From: Moniliella sp. 'wahieum'
Taxonomy: Eukaryota
Length of the DNA: 64,000 nt
Reading direction: 5' to 3'
Assembly: GCA_003971905.1 (NCBI GenBank)
Contig: RSEE01000004.1
Location: forward strand, 1,116,001 to 1,180,000
In this document: positions 24,453-36,328 of the stretch, piece after piece
How the letters are laid out: each line of letters starts with the position of its first letter
How positions within the stretch are numbered: position 1 is the first letter of the stretch
The notes under the pieces: model-generated
Told to the model about the DNA's origin: nothing
Seen by the model: only the letters and a program-made list of their open reading frames with translations
The model's database searches: none
Translations under genes and position numbers: made by a program

Positions 24453-26374
24453 ATGACTTGTTGGACCTGTCTTCCGAACATCATCTCTACCCAGAGTCTA
24501 CTCTGGACCTCTGGGGCTATTATCACGATCACCATTGCCCCACTGTTGCTCGGTATCTGTCATATTTCCATTTGCTTTTTCTTCAATGTCTTCACAGACC
24601 ACTTTTCCCTTGGACGATACGGCGATCTTCCCCACCCGATACGCGGGCACATATCGATGGCGTCCCGCCTCACATCGGCGATTTTGGTCGTATCATTGCT
24701 CTTCCTCCTATGGAAGCACACCGCCAATTTGTTAAAGAAACGGGTTCTGAAGTATTGGTCTACCGTCGTTCGGGATGGCGACCACGGCTGCTCTTGGCTG
24801 ATCCAAAGGCGATGTTACATGTTCTCAATGCTCAATACTCTTACTCCTTTCCCAAACCATCTCATATCCGCTCATTTCTCTCCCGCTGCCTGGGAGAGGG
24901 GCTTTTGGTGGTTGAAGGCAAGTCCAGCCGTGGTTCCTCGTTTCTTTTTTCTCTCGCCCGGCGTTAACATCTTTTCTGTTTCCGATTTCTCCAGGGGCCA
25001 AGCACAAAAATCAGCGCAATATCCTTCAGCCTGCGTTCAGCCTTTCTGTCATCCGCGACTTGGTGCCTTCGTTTTTCTGGCACGCTGGCCGTTTAACTGA
25101 CCGTCTGGGACGAACTGTGGATGCGTGTAAAGGCCCCAGCGACGACGCTGAATTCTTGGGACAGACGGCCGCAAGCAGCAAGCTGAGCCAGCCAGGAGCC
25201 CCAATCCTAGATGTGTATGCGTGGATGAGCAGGTGCACATTGGATGTGCTAGGTGACACAGGCTTCAATTGGTCGTTTGACAGTATCCTCAAGGATGACC
25301 CAAACGTGGTCGAATCGCCTGGACCTCGAAAGGTGGATCACATGTCGGATGCGCTTCAGTCAATATTCACCCCAATATTCCTAAAGCGCTGGGAGGTACT
25401 GGTGCTTCTTCTTCGAAACCAACCCGGATTGGGATTTCTCCAGTACTTCCGTCTCCTTTTGAACGACAGAAGGACCGTGGGCTGGAAATAATTCAAGACT
25501 CAACTAAGGACATTCTGGTCGCCAGCTGTCAAGAAATTGAAGCGGAGATGGAAGAAAAGCCCGAAGGTCTGAGGAAGGAGGACTGGGAAAACAGGCCCCA
25601 AAGTACAGGCGGCAAAGATTGCTCTTCTATATGCTCAGGAGCAAATGAGCCGTGATTTACCTGAGTCCGAGCGCCTGACGGACGCGGAGCTTTTAGGACA
25701 AATGACCACCATTCTTGGCGGGGTACGAGACTACTGGGACCCTTTTATCTTGGGTATTGTACGAACTGTACCACCCCCGGAAGTCCAACAGAAAGTTCGG
25801 AAAGAGATGCCAGACTTTGTGGCCGAGGGACGGGATATCTTAAGCTACCAGGATCTGGCTTCGCTTTCTTATCTCGATGCTGTGATCAAGGAAACATTAC
25901 GGTGCGGGCGCCGATACCGTCAACATTTCGTGTCGCTATTCATGATTCGGTCATTCCTCTTCCCGCCCGTATCCCAACACGCGACGGCCGTGGACCTTCA
26001 ATCACGTACTGTACGGGCAGGAGAGGAACTCTTTCTCCCCCTTGGCTTGATCAACACATCCGAAACGTTATGGGGACCAGACGCTACCACTTGGCGCCCC
26101 GAACGGTGGTTCGATGTACCCTCTAATGCGAAGACTGGTATGTCCCTTCACCTTACCTCCTTCATCTGCGGTCCCCGGGCTGCATTGGAAACCGGTTTGG
26201 CCTGACGGAGGCTAAAGTGGTACTCTTCTCATGCCTACTAAACTTTGACTTCTCTCCGTTGAAGGATGGGAAATTGAAGCGAAGCAAGCGATCGTACTTC
26301 GCTCTCGTGTCAAAGGCCAGGAACGAGCAGGGATGCAAATGCCTTTGCGTATCAGGCGGGTATCTGCCCCGTAA
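24453..26374 (+). CDS. Cytochrome P450 monooxygenase (frameshifted in the assembly), with a GC-AG intron at 24918-24994
   Basis: N-terminal TM, LLLADPKAMLHVL, GEGLLVVEG|AKHKNQRNILQPAFS, TLDVLG, YLDAVIKETLR (ExxR), WRPERWF, heme motif SFICGPR(A)CIG. Confidence 0.93.
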
Positions 26375-26680
26375 TTCACATCATCTCCCCCCCCTTTTAT
26401 AAGGTCTTCGTGGCATATGTTTTTGAGTACGCCAAAAGGGAGAAGAGGACATAATAAGGGTGTGTGTGGCTGTGCGACTTGAGAACAAGGTCGGCCAAAC
26501 GGTAGCGCGTGCACATCAGCTGTTGAAACATCCAAGTTGCGGGCGTGGGCAGCAACGAGAGGATACAGAAGTATCAGGGCACCGGTGAGGACTTGGGCGA
26601 GATGGGACACCTTCTGCATGTTTGCTGGATGGGTGCTTTGATGTTATGGGGAGAGATCCCAAAAAGATAATGAAAAAATT

Positions 26681-26776
26681 AGGCTGCAGCCGGGATCGAA
26701 CCGACGACCTGCGGCAACTACAAGTCTGGGGCATGCTCGCCGAAGACCGCCACTCTGGCCACTGAGTTATGCAACC
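26681..26776 (-). tRNA. tRNA-Arg(TCG) with a ~23-nt intron
   Basis: Minus strand GGTTGCA TA ACTC AGTGGCCA GAGT G GCGGT CT TCG G [intron] T GCCGC AGGTC GTCGG TTCGATC CCGGC TGCAGCC T, followed by a T-run terminator; the isotype assumes a canonical 37/38 intron. Confidence 0.85.
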
Positions 26777-27201
26777 CTTGTTGAATGCGTCAGATTACGA
26801 CACATTTTATCCTGTCACTAGAAATATCTTGTTGAGATTTGGTGTACCCCACCGCGACTCCCACGCGTATGAACACCTCCATCGCATTCATAAAACAATT
26901 TATTGTTTCTTGCTCGTGTACTGCGAGACCAACCCCCCATAGGTCCTTAGACTCTCTTCCTCGCACAATCAGGGTTCCCCATAGGCCAACCTGCATTCTA
27001 TCTCCAACTATTCACATCTTTGCAGAGCAAAGAAGTGGTGAGGATGGTTGCTCAACATAAGGGATGCCTTAACTTGAAGAGTCAACCCTGCGGTGGGCGA
27101 GCATGGTCAAACTGAGCCAGGGTTCATGTCTCGTTTGAAAGAGGTGGCATACACAAAAGATGAGGCAGGAAGGGACTGCAGTAAGAGCGAAGACTAGAGG
27201 T

Positions 27202-28155
27202 TCACTTTGAGAAGGCACGCGCAATTGCCGGCGTTGCTGGGCGCGAGTGGGTCGGAGAAGGCGGTAGGCTCTGAAGCGGTGTGGTGGAGGGCATAATCTT
27301 TAGACGAAGCCGGTCCAGCACAGGGAGCTTGGGGAATACACCGACAAGTGTAGCGATAAAGTTGATTGAAAAGGTCCAGGGTTGTAGTGGGTGTAATGGG
27401 TGGCCATAAGAAAGCTGAGTAGAGGGCGGGTTAGCGCTCGTTCTCTCCCTCCTTTTGGGTGAGAAAACAACGTACAGTAGAATGGGCAGGGAGGTGAGCC
27501 ACTTTTTTGTTGGCGTGAAATGTGCACCATCATCAATCTGTTCCCACAATGTTAGGCCATCGTATGCGCCCGCGTTCGACTCAAATGGGGTACCAGTCAC
27601 GTAGTGGAACATGATATAGGAAATCTGAGAGAAGGGGTCAGTACTGATCTGTTCGTACACTTGTATGAATACGCACCACCGCGTAGCCCACACAGACCAG
27701 CGTCCAGCTCAAGTCCGGCGTCATGCCTGGCAGCACGTCAAGCATAATCTTGGACAGAAAGATAAGACGACGTGAATGATCCATGCACCTGCAAGCTCAT
27801 CAGTATCAATGCAAAATTTATCCCGGGAATATGCGTATGAGGCATGGAGCAAGGAGAAAGGGGGGGGCATACCTTTGTAGTTAACCCAGTCAGCATTGGC
27901 ATTGAAGCCCGCATTCTGGTCGAGCAATTGCTCCGGCGTCTCGTTAACTTTCGTAACAGTGACCAGCGACGCGCGGCGGTCTTTTCCGGCGGGGTGCGCT
28001 GCGTGAGGGTTGCGTCGGTAATCTCGATGCGCGGCAGTGAGAGCGGCGGGGCCATGGGGGTGGGTGGAAGGAGGAAGAGGTAGGATGCTAGTAGGATACG
28101 CAGGCCGACTGGAGGGGGGAAGTGCTGGGAGGTGAGTCACCTGGTCAGTGGTCAC
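27202..28155 (-). CDS. ORM1: ORMDL/Orm1 family sphingolipid synthesis regulator (several introns; start uncertain)
   Basis: DQNAGFNANADWVNYKG|AWIIHVVL, YIMFHYVTGTPFESNAGAYDGLTLWEQIDDGAHFTPTKKWLTSLPILL, THYTHYN, PKLP. Confidence 0.93.
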
Positions 28156-29315
28156 TAGTCACTGGCGACCGGTGAGTGGGGCGCATAGGGGCAGTGCAGT
28201 CTGTCCGCGCGCCGCCCGCCGCCTGATTGAGTACTCAACGTACCGCGTACTCAACGTCAACGCGTTAACTGAGTACCGAGTAGGGTTGGGGGGTGACATG
28301 TGAAATGTCATGCATGTGGCGTCCTTTGGAAGAGTTGAGCTGATCCAGCCATCCGCATCTGGGGAAGCAAGGCAATACACCAAGTACGACCTCATAGAAC
28401 TGCACGCTTAAGGCTTGCCGGTTATTCCAAAGAACCATCATGATGTGCAGTCATATTATTGGCAGATCCATCCGGTTTGGTAAGAAAAAGCGGGAGCCAG
28501 AGTGTCCAGGCCTACTGGCGACCCCATTAGCTTCCTGCGTGGGTTGACATGAGCAAAGAGTACGCTCCGGATGAGCCAGCCTGGCAAGCGCGGCATCTCT
28601 CTGTCCCTGTTTTAAGCGCTGCATTTGGTAGTACGAATCCACAGCAGAGACAGAAGAACAAGCAGCGAAATGGTTGTGCTATTCCAAGAAAGGATCCAAT
28701 CAAGGGCTCGGCAACGTGGACAGAGTCGGTCAGAACAGGGTGAATTGCGATGTACAATCAGCTACATACATGGTGGCGCTGACTGAAGATGTCGGGGAAA
28801 AAGAGATGGCGACAGTCCATGAGAAGGGGGCAGTGAGATATTGTCTAGGAAACCATGGCATCCCTGATAGAGCCTGTCGCTGCCAAACCCATCCCTCTTC
28901 GGCAACGACAGGCTCGCCAGCCTAAGGGACGCAGGTGCTCCGATCGTGCACTTCTCCACAAAACACCACATGGAGGTCAATTTCGGGTTTTCTTAAGCAC
29001 AGCGCACCACAGTGTGCATCCCATACGGCTCACGACTACAATAAGCGCACGTGTCATGATACAGGGTTGCACAACTGGCAACCTTAAGATGCATATCCTT
29101 TTGGCGTACACGTCCACCGCTAGGGGCAAAGTGCACTGGAGCTTCTTTTCTGGCAAGTAAAAGAATGCTCAATTGGAGGGAGACCGCACTGGATCCGCTG
29201 CTCAGGTGGATTCTCGCGGATACGAAAACTCAGAACGAGGCATCGCACGAGGAGAAGATCCAAGACGGCAACCCTCATATGGACCCGCTCTGGCAACAAA
29301 AGCAAGAAGAATCGT

Positions 29316-29705
29316 TTAATTCTCCTCCGAGCGCACCCGGGCGTTGGCGTTGGTCACCTTCACGCCAAGGGCCTTGGCCTGCTCGAGGATCAGCACGCGC
29401 TTCTTAGAAGAAACATTGTGGGCAATCTCGGCGGCGTAGGTCGTGTTGTGCATGAGCAGAAGGCTCACATCCTGGGGGTTGGACACAACAAAGCGACGGT
29501 AGCCGTTGGGCATCAAGAAACGGGTCTTGTTCGAACCGTACCCGATCTTGGGCATCTTGGTCACGTCGCGGAAACGGCGACGGACAACCGAGTCAATACC
29601 CTTGGGCTTGCGCCACGAGGTGGCGAGGCGCTTGTAGCGGTCCGCATGGTGGCGGGTGAACTTCTTAGTCCGCTTCTTGACGATGGGGATGGTGGTGGCC
29701 GCCAT
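29316..29705 (-). CDS. RPL32: 60S ribosomal protein eL32; 5'UTR intron 29711-29812
   Basis: [55 protein letters not shown]; minus-strand gtgagt...ctgac...tag ending 5 nt before the ATG. Confidence 0.97.
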   Translation of the reverse strand: MAATTIPIVKKRTKKFTRHHADRYKRLATSWRKPKGIDSVVRRRFRDVTKMPKIGYGSNKTRFLMPNGYRRFVVSNPQDVSLLLMHNTTYAAEIAHNVSSKKRVLILEQAKALGVKVTNANARVRSEEN

Positions 29706-30163
29706 ATTGACTAGAAGAGTGAGGTGGATTCGGAGTCAGATCCTTCACTTAAGAATAGGGCAGCTCTGGTACAGACGAGCCAGCGTGGGACCACCGGGAG
29801 ACAGCGACTCACCTCTTGTTGTGTCGGTCGGTGGTGGTGACAAGCCTCGACCTGCCCAAACAACATGCTTGGACGAAATGTTGTGGTCAACGTCGCCTCG
29901 TCAAGCTGCCGCAGCGCAGGCATATGGTCAGTGTGCAGAAAATAGATTAATTTCTGTATACTGCTCTAGTGCGAGTAGGGTCTCCTTGTCTTGGCAACCC
30001 TAATTCATACAACCCTATCTTCCTCCAGCGTAACCCACGTTGGTAACATCGAGAAGTCCCCATCTCCACCACCCTACGGTAGTCAAGTTCAAGGTGAGTT
30101 TGAGGTCGGCATCGCCGTTGGCTTACGAGTACTGAGTGGAATGCTGACCGAAGCGTAGAAACC

Positions 30164-30776
30164 ATGTCTTCTATGTCTGCTTCTCCCGTCGTGATTGACG
30201 GAAAGGGTCACCTGCTCGGTCGCCTGGCTTCGGTTGTTGCCAAGCAAGCCCTCTCTGGCCAGGCTGTGGTGGTTGTCCGCACGGAACTCATCAACGTGTC
30301 CGGCAGCTTCTTCCGTAACAAGTTGAAGTACCACGCCTACCTTCACAAGACCCACTGCTACAACCCCTCCAAGGGGGGCCGTGGCACGAGCGTGCGCCTT
30401 CGCGCATCCTCCACAAGGCCATCCGCGGCATGATTCCCCACAAGACCGCCCGCGGCAAGGCGGCCCTGGCCAAGATCACCCTTCTGGAGGGTGTTCCTTC
30501 GCCTTACGATGCGAAGAAGAAGGTCGTTGTGCCCGCTGCCCTGCGCGTTCTTCGTCTGAAGCCCGGTCGCAACTACGCACCCTCAAGCGCATCTCGTCCG
30601 AGTTTGGCTGGAAGTACGAGGGCGTCGTCGCGAAGCTCGAGGAGAAGCGCCACGTTCGTGCTGCTGCCTACCATGAGCGCAAGGTGGCTGCTCTCAAGAA
30701 GAAGCAGGCTGCCCTTACGGGTGCTACCGGTGCCCTTGCCGAGATCAACCAGAAGCTGGCTGTCTATGGCTTCTAA
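30164..30776 (+). CDS. RPL16: 60S ribosomal protein uL13 (L13a/L16); 5'UTR intron ~30094-30158
   Basis: [75 protein letters not shown]. Confidence 0.96.
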
Positions 30777-32599
30777 ATCAGTCTTTTTGAGTGGCTGTGC
30801 TGACTCCCGTGGTAGGCACCATCTTCCAATTTCAACACTGATTTTTCCCAAAACGTGCGTGGTCGGCACGGTTCAACCGTATATGACTTGCCGAGATCCC
30901 GCTCGCCTGGGTCACCTCGTCTGTCCTTCCATGCACTCAAATACACCACATACACCCTCCCGGTGTACACTACGGCGGAAAAGGCGCTCAGATGAAGCTG
31001 ATGAAGTCCCTTCATAGAAAACAGCCCGGTCAGGTTGGAGACGCTTGCTCCCAGTTTTCTCTCCTCCAGCAGCACATTGCAACTAGGGTGAAGACCAATA
31101 ACGCTGGCAGAAAGTTATATCCCGTCCCTATGAATCAGCCTGCACCGATTACTGCTATGCCAGCTCAATGAGGTGGTGGCTAATGGGTAAGGCGTCCATG
31201 GCCAGTAGGCGAAGTCACGACTTCATACTGATTGAAGCACCTCTGTTCCAGAAAATTGCCCTGCAGAAGCCCGCATCTAACACATTGCCCAAACAGGCTC
31301 GACGGACAGGTATAGCGGGGACAAAAGTTTGGGGATGAGATGTTACCATGCTAAGGAGAAGAAGGGCTGGTCATTCCATGGCTGAGACCATTCAGATATA
31401 GGCCGCAAATGGGACAATGAACACCGTAGAAGGCATCAACGCATTCAACAGAGCGGTGTTTTTACCTTGTATGCAGGGCAGCATACCACATGCACCACAA
31501 GATCATGCCTCAAAGAGGTCCTAACGCAGTAACGCGGGCGAAATTATAGTACAGTGAAAAGAACACGTGTTTCTATGGCGGCGACAAATCTTCCTCTGAA
31601 AGCCCTTCTTGCAGCTCCTGGAATACTTTTGCCGGAGTATCAACAACGGCGGCGACAAAATGGAAGGGTTGCGGTCCAGAAGCGTTTGGATGAAGTGGTG
31701 CATCATGAACATGAATGAGGTAATGGTACGGGTGATGATGGGACCAGGAGACCTGATGGCCTTCGAGGGGGACGCGATCGCGATCGCGATCGCGGTGGCG
31801 GTGGTAGCAGTGTTAAACGTTAATCTTACCAACAAAACGACCCTGCCTGTGTCATACTTTTGGCTGATGTCACTCTCATTTCCGATTTTTCATCCCAAGC
31901 GTCTCGCTTTCCCTGTTTCTTCCACTTCGCACGTACCATGTCCTCTCTGCTCTTGCTTCTTCCCCATGAACGACTACTACATCCTTTGACCTAGTCTCGA
32001 CTCTGGTCTCCCTCGCCTTAGCCCCGACTGTGACACTGCCGAAGGCCCTCAAGCTGTCACTATATGGTCAGGCCCTCTGTCAGATGTCAGCCCCCTTGAA
32101 GACGAAAGCGAATTCCGCGGAGCTGCTAATAAGCCTGAGGGACTGCAAGAGGCATCTTGGCCAAACGCCCAAGCCACACCATGCGGCTCCATAACGCATA
32201 ACCGCTTACGAGCGTGATGATATTTACTGGGAACAATCAATTATGCAACATCGAGTTATCAATCCGGCTCAGGGAAGACGGCAACCAGTTCCCGCAGCTC
32301 ATCGGTCCCTATACTTTAAGCGATCTGCCAGCACGTGCCCCGTCTACGGGCCTTATTGTGGGGGCCATGTGCGTGCTGTCAAACGCACGAGAGGTGCCAA
32401 GGTCCAAAGTGGAGGTGTGGAGGTGTCTGAGATCTGGGTGCGAACCATCAGTGCATCAGCACTTTTCTGGGTGGCATGTGCGTCAGTAAGGCCGGAGCCA
32501 GGTCTAGCAGACATCATCACCTCGGCTGCCTTATTATAGCCGTAGCCTCTATAGTCTTAGTCGAGTTTAAAGGTAAGCTGGTAATGAGGGAAGGTTTTA

Positions 32600-32644
32600 G
32601 ATAATCGATAATCGATAATCGATCAAAGGCCTAAAGGCCTAAAG
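32600..32644. repeat. ATCGAT-A heptamer array followed by AGGCCT units
   Basis: TAA TCGA TAA TCGA TAA TCGA TCA, then aaggcctaaaggcctaaag. Confidence 0.8.
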
Positions 32645-33928
32645 CGATTAGCGCGTAAAGGGGCGATGCGTATAGTGCACTTAAATGGGCTAAGGTTAGC
32701 GTAAGTTGAGCGCTAATCAAGAGCATTGACCGAAACATGAGGCTGCACCACCCAGAAAGCTCAGAACCGCGGTTCAGATTCGCAGGCCTCAGATCTCGGA
32801 TCTCAGACATGGGTGGCGGCTGGGCCTCAGCGGTCAGGCTCTCAGACTGCGCTGGTACTGTGTTGCCGACGGGTGAGGTGAACTGTCTGAATATCTAGAT
32901 CGGAGCGTGTAGCACTAACGCCGCAACAGCGCGGCGGCAGTCACCATGCACGAGGTATGCCGCCGGTGTCCGCAGGCTCAGCCGCTAGCAGTGCAGCGCA
33001 GCGTATGTACAAGTATGCACGGACCAGCGTGCATCATGCATCACTAACCCTGCCATTGGCACCCAACCTCCCTTCTGAGATCTGACTGAGGACAGAAGAG
33101 GCGTTCCATGTCCGTGGATGCCACACTCTAGTAACGCGTGGTGCATCACGCGTCACGTACTGCGTGGGTAGTCGTGGGCAGGGAGAAATGGACAAATCGA
33201 TGCCGGAACTGTCATGGTGCCTTTCGTGCAGCCCCCCGCAGTGTATGTATGTCTGATCGTTTATACTGAGTGCACCAATCAATCAGATGGTCTGAGACTG
33301 GTGAGCCGGTAGAATCCGGTGAGATCGAGGCGAACGTAGCCTCCATCCATTCATTGGCCATCGATGGGACGGGTGTGAAGCTGTGAAGAATATTGCATGA
33401 GAGCGTTGGGTGGCCAATTCAGACGCTGTTTCGGCGTACCTGGCCGAGTTTTGGCAATACGCAAGGCTTGCCTGCGCCTTGTCCTCCAGAGAAAGAAGAC
33501 TGGGCATTTGCCCTGCTCCTTGCTTAGTTTACCCGCGGACCCTCTCACTCCCATCGGGTTCACCGGAACCGGCGCTCGGGCCATTGCCTACCACTGCGCC
33601 CGCAACGAATGGTGCGATCTGGGAGGGCCCGATGCACCTGATGCCTGATGCCTGACCTGAACCTGAAAAGCTTGACGCCTGAATATGGAAGCGCTGGCCC
33701 ATGGAGTTACAGGGCATGTGGTACACGCGCTGCCAGGGTGCTGCTGGGGCGCTCTTGAAGAGCTTGAAGCTTGACTAGTGGCTAGTGACTGTACCCGAAC
33801 GGAGGCTCTTCGCTCTAAACCTATACCTGCATCCTGTGTCGGGTATATAAAGCGACTAAGATGTCGTTCGACCACATCTTTCTACCCACGTCCACCCACC
33901 CCTGCCTGTTCCATCTTCCTGTTCAGCT

Positions 33929-35087
33929 ATGACCGCCGATATCCGCGAGACTCAACTCGACGTGCCCCAGGTCGCCACCAAAGCCGTCTTCTCGAAGAAG
34001 GGTGGCCCCATTGAGTTCGTCAAGTACGACCCTGCGGCCATCCAGCTTAAGGAAGGTGAGATTCTGGTGCGCATCACTTACACGGGCGTCTGCCACACGT
34101 ACGTATACTTCTCCTTCCCCTGCATTGTCGCGCAATGTGCTGACGACTCTTCTAAAGCGACCTGCATGCCATGCTTGGAGACTGGCCCCTCGCCACCAAG
34201 CTGGAATCAACGGGCCAGCCTCTTGTTGGTGGCCACGAAGGTGCGGGTGTGGTAGTCAAGCTCGGGACTGGCTCCGATCAGTGGGTCAAGAAGGGCGACC
34301 GTGTTGGTATCAAGTGGGTCGCAGATGCTTGCCTCAACTGTGACTACTGCCGCGTCGGCTACGAGTCGACCTGCATTCACCTCGAGAACTCTGGGTACAC
34401 TGTGGATGGTACGTTCCAGCAGTACGTTGTCTCGACGGCCAAGTACGTGACCAAGATTCCCGACAAGCTCGCCCTCGTCGATGCTGCACCCATCCTTTGC
34501 GCTGGTGTCACCATTTACCGGGCACTGAAGGAGGCGAACCTTGAGCCTGGACAGTGGGTTGTTCTGCCGGGTGCTGGTGGTGGTTTGGGCCACTTGGGTG
34601 TGCAGTACGCCGCAGCCTTGGGTACCGTGTCATTGCGGTTGACACGGGCGCGGAGAAGAAGGCGTTGGTCGAGAAGTTGGGCGCAGACGCCTGGATCGAC
34701 TTCAAAGAGTCGAAGGACATTGTCGGCGATGTCAAGGCACTTACGGATGGCCTCGGTGCTCATGCGGCGGTTGTTGCTGCCGCTAGTGACTCGGCTTATA
34801 CCCAGGGCCTCGCTTATATTCGGCCGCGTGGCACTCTTGTCACTGTGGGTATGCCGCCTGGCACGGTGATTAAGGCGGATGTGTTTGACACGACTGTCAC
34901 CGCCAAGAAGATTGTCGGCTCGATTGTGGGCAACCGGCAGGACGCCCTCGACTCGCTTGCCCTGGCGGAGCGGGGCAAGGTTAAGGTGATCTACCAACTC
35001 AAGGGGCTGTCGGAACTCAACCAAGTCTACGACGACATGCACCATGGCAAGCTTGCTGGCCGTATCGTACTCGACGTCGACAAGTAA
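33929..35087 (+). CDS. ADH1: Zinc-dependent alcohol dehydrogenase (MDR family); intron ~34099-34157
   Basis: GVCHT|DLHA, GGHEGAGVVV, GDRVGIKW, structural Zn CLNCDYC..C, APILCAGVT, GAGGGLGHLGVQYA, GSIVGNRQD, GRIVLD. Confidence 0.96.
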
Positions 35088-35583
35088 ATGCCTCTCGACA
35101 AGGAAGAAACGCCTAGGGGTTTCCCAACTCGCGTATGTTGTTGATAGATATGAAGCAAGCCGTCCGTTCATCATGCATTTTGCGTACAGTTTCGTAAGAC
35201 GTTGCCCCCCCCCCCCCCCGACAGCTGTAATCACCAGTGCGGCTGTGCTGTTATTTGAACAAGGTAGAAGAATGTGTCTGGAGCCACAAGTACTACTGAA
35301 ATGGGTGCATCTGTGAAGGGAATACGTTTGCGGAATGGTATACGTGCTGGTCTCGAGGTGCGATGCACCTGTTGGGCACACTGGGACGGCTGAATGCGCC
35401 CAGCATATACGGCGTGGCTGCGCTGGCTCACAACTTGCGTGGCCCAAGCGCAGGTATGGAGGCACCATATATGACGTCAGATTCAGATGGCATGCATGAC
35501 ACAGAGCTACTGCGGCGGCCATCGATCACTCGACCACCGCTCGCAAATCACAAGTCGCTTGCCGTCACGCGTCAGCGTTAGCA

Positions 35584-35653
35584 TCAAGCTTCAAGCCAAG
35601 CTCTGAAGGATCTGGAGCTTGAGTTCAATAAGCTTGAAGCTTGAAGCTTGAAG
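35584..35653. repeat. AAGCTT-G/C heptamer array
   Basis: tcaagcttcaag ... taagcttgaagcttgaagcttgaag. Confidence 0.8.
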
Positions 35654-36328
35654 TGAGGCTCATCGACATCGCGCTGCGGAACCGGGCATATGGTCACAGT
35701 GCGGGGTTGTGGGGTGGATGGGAATGGGGGCTGCCAGGCTGGGTGTGGCTGGGCGGCTGATGTATGCATGATGCCGGGACAGGGGACTGACGGAGGCGGC
35801 GGCGCGCAGATGTCCGGCCGGACGCGGTAGCATGCACGATGTCAAGGCCCGACGTGGCACAGCTAGTGCATGGACAGGGATTGCGCATTGCCACCGACAG
35901 ACACTTACCGAGTCGCTGTCGCGCTAGTCGGTGGGTCCTGCAAGCCCCTGCAGGCTCCTGCACGGGGGGCAAGGTGCCAGCCGGCGGGAGGCAGGGGCTG
36001 GTGCCAGCCGACGAGAAGCGAGCAAACAAGAAAGCTAGTCGCTTGCTGTTTCCCCTTTCAGCTGAACGAGCGCTCGTTCAGCGCCGATAGTTCGACCTGT
36101 TCGACTGCCGAATTTCTGTGCCGTGGGATAAATACGAGAAGTGGATCTCTTGGGCGTCATCGACATCGCGGGCGACCTGGCAGGCAGGGCAGTAGGCTCC
36201 TTCTCATCATACCAGCGGGCAAGTGGGTATTGTCTGCTGTCTACCACCGTGGCAACCATACAGCAGCCTCCTGCACCCTCACCGCTGTCCCCGCTGTTCT
36301 CCTCTGCCGTTTGTGTACAGTATCCGTT

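Noticed and set aside
34515..35522. Long antisense ORFs (335 aa opposite ADH, 377 aa opposite IPI1)
   Set aside because: Shadow ORFs produced by codon bias on the coding strand.
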